Positions 59,741-64,000 of a stretch of 64,000 nt of DNA are shown one piece after another. The notes under the pieces were generated by a model, which worked only from the letters and a program-made list of their open reading frames with translations, had not been told where the DNA came from and searched no databases. Made by a program: the position numbers and the translations under genes. The stretch is from positions 992,001 through 1,056,000 of the forward strand of contig OY760907.1 in NCBI GenBank assembly GCA_963664195.1, read 5' to 3'. Source of the stretch: an uncultured candidate division Zixibacteria bacterium. Its GTDB lineage: Bacteria > Zixibacteria > MSB-5A5 > GN15 > FEB-12. Position 1 is the first letter of the stretch. Each line of letters begins with the position of its first letter.

Positions 59741-61795
59741 TTGCACCAACGCGTACTCATTGCGGTCGCTGACGGCGCCCGCGCGGATTTGATGAAGCAG
59801 CTTCTGGATAGCGGCGAGCTGCCGAATATCCAAGAGCATGTTGTCGCACGGGGCAGCTTCAAAACCGCCTTGACCGTCTTCCCCAGCACAACCGGCCCCG
59901 CCCACATTCCGTTTGTTACCGGGCTGCATCCCGGGACAGCGAATATACCGGGCTATCGCTGGCTCTGTCGCAAAACTCATGATAATCATCGCCGAAGTAT
60001 CTTCCGTCATCGCAGCCTCAATTCCCCCCGGGGACTGGTTGTCGGCCGCGATATGGACCCGGAGAAATCGACCTCCCTGTTTGAGTATTTCGCAAATCCC
60101 AGCTCAGTCCTCGAACTGATCGACTACTGCCCCGACCAACCGCTCTACAAAGTTGTGGTCAGACGGCTGCTGCGCATTGTTCAAGCGCACAGATCGGATG
60201 ACTGGAGCCATGTCGACAACATGGTCGAAGAACTGATTATCAAACGAATCCGGGCCGGCAGCGAGTGCATCGTGGGCAGCTTTTTCGGCATCGACGAATA
60301 CTCGCACCTGTATGACCCGTTCGATGATCGCACAAAAGCCGCCTACCGAAATATCGATTCCGCAATTGGGCACATCGCCGACGTACTCAAGACAGAAGGC
60401 GTCTACGACGAGACTATTATAGCTATCGTCTCCGACCACGGTCTCAGTGCGACCACCGTACATATTCCCTTGGTGGACATCGTGACCGAACACGGCTTTG
60501 ATCCGTACTTCTATCCCAAACTGTATCGCCGTCGGCGCGACTGCGCGGTCATGGAGAGCGGCAATGCCATGGCGGCGTTGTATTTCAAGCACGACAGCGA
60601 TTGGGGCAACCACTGGCGCTGGGACGAAATGGACAAAGACAAGCGCATCAGCAAACTGATCACCACCCTTCGCACAACCAAAGGCGTATCATTTGTCGGC
60701 GGACGATACGGCAACAACGGAGTCATCTGGGCCGGAAGAAACGGCAAGATTATGGCAAGCAGGGTCGACGGGCATTACAACGTGCGGATCGAGGGAGACT
60801 GTCCGCTCGGAGAGCATCCGGTCGGACGGTTCACGCCCGAAGAACTTTTTGAGCAAACCTTCAATCACACTTACCCGGATGCGATCAATCAGTTGTTCAT
60901 GTTGCTGGCTTCTCCGCGATCCGGAGATCTTGCAATCTCCTCTGAGCCGGGCTATGACCTTCGCCTGCAACACGAAGATCCAGAGCATCATTCCTCCCAC
61001 GGCTCTCTGCACCGTGAACATATGCAGGTGCCGCTGATGACTTCAGTACCGCTGGGCAGCGGCTGCGTCTCGAATTACGACCTGGTTCCGACAGTCTTGG
61101 AGCTTTGCGGCAAAACAGCAACGAAGCCTCTCGACGGTGTGTCCCGAGTCGAGAAAGATGAATTTCCGAATCTCCCCTCCCCGGTTGCCGGGAATGAGAA
61201 CACTGAAGTGTCTGTAGCTACCGGTGGCAACCTCGGCACTATTCTCACGACGATTGCTATCATTCTAAGCGGCCTGGTCATATCTGCCGTTTTCAAAGAC
61301 GACATCCTCTCGTTCGGCGAACACCTGATGGTCACTTACGGAGAGAGTTGGGTCGATGTCATCCTGACGGTCGTGACCGCTATCAGCAGCACACCGTTGG
61401 CGCTGCCAATCTGGGCGTACGAGTTGATCGGCATTGCACTGGGATACAGTGTCCTCCGCATCTCGATTTTCATGGCTCTCGGATCGGCTACCGGATCGCT
61501 GGTGACTTTCTTGCTGGGGAAGCATTTTGGCAACGGACAATGGGTGAAGAAACGATTCCCGAACGTGCACAAACACCCCTGGGCCAAAGGAAAATCAAGA
61601 CGGGTAGTCTCTCTACTCTTGTTCCTGGGTACAGTATCGCCGATTCCCTGCGATGTCTTCTACGTCGCATGCGGGGCGAAGAAGTATCCGACGGTCCCTT
61701 TCTGGCTGATCATGGTGGCCGCTCGATTTGTGCGCTACATTTATATGGGATACGGATTCCTGTACTTCCGCGAGTTCTTCGACTATTTCCTGTAG
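59741..61795 (+). CDS. Alkaline-phosphatase-superfamily phosphodiesterase (NPP-like) fused to C-terminal DedA/VTT domain
   Basis: DG.R, FPSTTGPAH, D.YSH, SDHG and HGSL. C-terminal TM region 'ALGSATGSLV.FLLG...SPIP.D......G.......F......ARFVRY'. TTG start inferred from the RBS. Confidence 0.8.
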   Translation: MHQRVLIAVADGARADLMKQLLDSGELPNIQEHVVARGSFKTALTVFPSTTGPAHIPFVTGLHPGTANIPGYRWLCRKTHDNHRRSIFRHRSLNSPRGLVVGRDMDPEKSTSLFEYFANPSSVLELIDYCPDQPLYKVVVRRLLRIVQAHRSDDWSHVDNMVEELIIKRIRAGSECIVGSFFGIDEYSHLYDPFDDRTKAAYRNIDSAIGHIADVLKTEGVYDETIIAIVSDHGLSATTVHIPLVDIVTEHGFDPYFYPKLYRRRRDCAVMESGNAMAALYFKHDSDWGNHWRWDEMDKDKRISKLITTLRTTKGVSFVGGRYGNNGVIWAGRNGKIMASRVDGHYNVRIEGDCPLGEHPVGRFTPEELFEQTFNHTYPDAINQLFMLLASPRSGDLAISSEPGYDLRLQHEDPEHHSSHGSLHREHMQVPLMTSVPLGSGCVSNYDLVPTVLELCGKTATKPLDGVSRVEKDEFPNLPSPVAGNENTEVSVATGGNLGTILTTIAIILSGLVISAVFKDDILSFGEHLMVTYGESWVDVILTVVTAISSTPLALPIWAYELIGIALGYSVLRISIFMALGSATGSLVTFLLGKHFGNGQWVKKRFPNVHKHPWAKGKSRRVVSLLLFLGTVSPIPCDVFYVACGAKKYPTVPFWLIMVAARFVRYIYMGYGFLYFREFFDYFL

Positions 61796-61912
61796 GGAAC
61801 GGCAGACATGGTTTGGCACTCTTGTGTTGTCATCATCCGGTAGCCTGCCCGTCCCAAGTAGTACTCCAAGTCACTTCCCAACAACAACATAGCCAAATCC
61901 ACACAAAAACCC

Positions 61913-61956
61913 TTGACAAACAATGTTCTTTGTCGATATTGTTAACCAACTGGTTA
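61913..61956 (+). promoter_or_regulatory. Sigma70 promoter with a palindromic TetR operator directly downstream of the -10
   Basis: TTGACA at 61913, TATTGT at 61937 and inverted repeat TAACCA-ac-TGGTTA at 61943-61956. Confidence 0.65.
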
Positions 61957-61991
61957 GTTTAACCTTCTAGTTATCGTGAAACAGATAGAAA

Positions 61992-62618
61992 ATGGCCGCA
62001 GGATACAAAAACGAATCTCAGCCCGATACCAACGAGAAGATCATCCTCGCTGCGCGTACCGAATTCGCCGATCACGGCTATGACGGCGCCAGAGTCGACC
62101 GAATCGCCGTCAGTGCCGGGGTCAACAAGGCAATGATCTATTACCATTTCAACTCCAAGCGAAACCTGTATCTGGCGGTCATCAAGAATCACTTTGAGGT
62201 TATCAAGACGTATGCTCTCAAAGATGTCGATCCGGAGACCTCACTCGAGAATATTCTGAGGATACTGGCCTCGACTTTCGTCGATATGTCAAGCCGAATA
62301 ACGTCGTTTAAGCCTATCATCCTGCGAGAGTTGGCCAATCCGAATCGGGAGGTCCTCAAAGAAATCGTAGCCGCTTTTACAGAATCCAGACTGCCTGAAC
62401 TCCTGGGCCACAGCCTGAGCATCGAAGTTCAGAAAGGCAATGTCCGGCCGATGGATGTGCGCCAGATGATTGCGTCGTTTATCACCATGAACATTGGATA
62501 TCTCCTGCTGGCTCCGTTGATAAACCGGGTCCTGGTCATCGACGACCGGGAGACCTTCATCCAGGAACGAAGAGAAGCCGTGGTGGATATTTTCCTCAAC
62601 GGCATAAGGACGAGATAA
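61992..62618 (+). CDS. TetR/AcrR-family transcriptional regulator
   Basis: I..AA..EF...GY.GA.VD.IA..AGVNK.MIYYHF.SK..LY. Confidence 0.93.
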   Translation: MAAGYKNESQPDTNEKIILAARTEFADHGYDGARVDRIAVSAGVNKAMIYYHFNSKRNLYLAVIKNHFEVIKTYALKDVDPETSLENILRILASTFVDMSSRITSFKPIILRELANPNREVLKEIVAAFTESRLPELLGHSLSIEVQKGNVRPMDVRQMIASFITMNIGYLLLAPLINRVLVIDDRETFIQERREAVVDIFLNGIRTR

Positions 62619-62621
62619 ATC

Positions 62622-63923
62622 ATGAAGTACCTGATCATCACAGCGGCGGTCTTGTTGATCGCCGCTTCGGCCAGCCCGCGTGAGCTGACTCTGGAGCAGG
62701 CCCTGCAACTTGCCGAGGAGCATTCGTTCAGCCAGAGAGTGGCCCGTGCGAAGACTCTCGGCGCCGAACAGTCTGTCAGAGCGGCCAGAGCAGAACGTCT
62801 CCCCACGCTGTCAGCCTCGGCGAGCGCAATGTATGTCGATGAGGTCCCCTCGCTTGATCTTCAGATCGCCCCCGGCATGTCAATCTCGCGCGAAATCGGC
62901 ACCAACGACAAGTACCAGACGGACCTGACGTTGAGTATGCCTCTCTTCACCGGCGGACGGATCAGTTCCGGAATCGACCTGGCAAACGCCGGACGCGACT
63001 ATCAAGAGGCCAACGAAAGGACCGATCTCAACGCTCTCCGCTACCGTACGCGACAGGAGTATTTGGCACTCTGCCGTACCCTGGCTTTGCAGGATGCTGC
63101 CGAAGCTTCCGCCAAACGAACCGCCATTATCGAGTCTGATGTCGATTCACGCTACGATGCCGGAGTGGCCGATTCCGTCGATCTACTCGAAGCATCACTT
63201 GCCACTACGCGGGCTCAGTTTGCCGTCAACCGCGCTGCAATCGAGGTCCGACAGGCGGAAATCAAACTGCTCACCCGTCTCGGCCTTTCCCTCACCGAAG
63301 AACTGTCGCTCACTTCACGAACGCCTGAACCGACAAAGCCGACAGTAACGAATGTCAACCCTTCCGCAAGACCGGAGCTTGACGCCGCCCGCGCAGGAAT
63401 CGGCATCAGCGCCGCGCAGTTGGACCTCGAGAAGGCTGCGGTCTTTCCGACTCTCTCTGTGTTTTCGGGCTACTCCTACGGAAAACCGAATATAAACATG
63501 TTCTCAAACGAGTTCAATGATGACCTCACAGTCGGCGCACGACTGAACTGGTCGCTCAATCTCGGCAACAAGACCGGCAAGCGGAAACGGTCCGCCACAT
63601 ACCAGCTCGACGCGGCCCGTTCTCAATTGGACTATGTTGAAGAGCAATTCACTCAGGAAGCCAACCTCGCCCTGGAACAGTGGAAACTGGCGTATGATCG
63701 GTTTGCCTCCGCCCGCGAGGAATACCGCCTTGCCTCACTGAACTACCGTCTCGCGGAGAACAGCCACCGGCAGGGAAACCTCTCGGCAAACCGACTGCTG
63801 GAGATTGAGACATCGCTGACCGAATCCGAAAACGGACTGGCTGCCGCCAGAGTCGACTATTATATCGCGCAGGGGGCGTTTTTCTACGCCGTGGGATCAG
63901 ACAATCTGGGAAAGGGTTTATAA
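62622..63923 (+). CDS. TolC-family outer-membrane efflux protein
   Basis: Signal peptide, LTLEQAL.LA, PLFTGG, RPEL and Y..G....DLL repeats. Confidence 0.9.
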   Translation: MKYLIITAAVLLIAASASPRELTLEQALQLAEEHSFSQRVARAKTLGAEQSVRAARAERLPTLSASASAMYVDEVPSLDLQIAPGMSISREIGTNDKYQTDLTLSMPLFTGGRISSGIDLANAGRDYQEANERTDLNALRYRTRQEYLALCRTLALQDAAEASAKRTAIIESDVDSRYDAGVADSVDLLEASLATTRAQFAVNRAAIEVRQAEIKLLTRLGLSLTEELSLTSRTPEPTKPTVTNVNPSARPELDAARAGIGISAAQLDLEKAAVFPTLSVFSGYSYGKPNINMFSNEFNDDLTVGARLNWSLNLGNKTGKRKRSATYQLDAARSQLDYVEEQFTQEANLALEQWKLAYDRFASAREEYRLASLNYRLAENSHRQGNLSANRLLEIETSLTESENGLAAARVDYYIAQGAFFYAVGSDNLGKGL

Positions 63924-63924
63924 T

Positions 63925-64000
63925 ATGACTACGCACGTGCGTTCGACACTCATGCCACTACTGTTGTCGGCCGGACTGGTTGCTATCAGCGGCTGCGGCA
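63925..64000 (+). CDS. Lipoprotein, probably a HlyD-type periplasmic adaptor (3' partial)
   Basis: MTTHVRSTLMPLLLSAGLVAISGCG ends in a lipobox and lies directly after tolC. Function is inferred from context. Confidence 0.55.
   Translation, partial: MTTHVRSTLMPLLLSAGLVAISGCG

Overview
A moderately GC-rich, gene-dense bacterial window. Three secreted proteins end in the '(QN)YPNPFN' C-terminal sorting/FlgD-like domain, which suggests an FCB-group organism such as Zixibacteria (inference). Bases 1-19.7 kb are mostly housekeeping: polyphosphate glucokinase, an NHLRC2/SOQ1-like thioredoxin-NHL protein, an SSS symporter, Pcm, an AlgE-like porin, Mrp-DUF971 plus NfuA, MscS, AsnB, PtrB, YjbQ and ThpR. 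About 19.9-50 kb is a large Wzx/Wzy-type surface-polysaccharide locus with GT2/GT4s, two SGNH-like proteins, a flippase, two acetyltransferases, a methyltransferase-kinase fusion, Ugd, an O-antigen ligase/Wzy, two CapK-like ligases, two large secreted FN3 proteins, a NadE-like/ACP/AMP-ligase module and a Wzz-like protein. The last 14 kb holds a receiver-ATP-grasp (PPDK_N) gene paired with gdhA, a porin-like gene plus MCP, an atypical NarL regulator, a phosphodiesterase-DedA fusion and a TetR-TolC-HlyD efflux operon. GTAG-type and 'GAGCTTGTCGAAG'-type REP-like repeats occur between genes. No rRNA, tRNA, CRISPR array or transposase was seen. The best candidate for an undescribed system is a carrier-protein-based polysaccharide tailoring module (NadE-like + ACP + adenylating ligase, with AsnB and two CapK ligases). 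All family assignments come from motif recognition by eye, not database searches.
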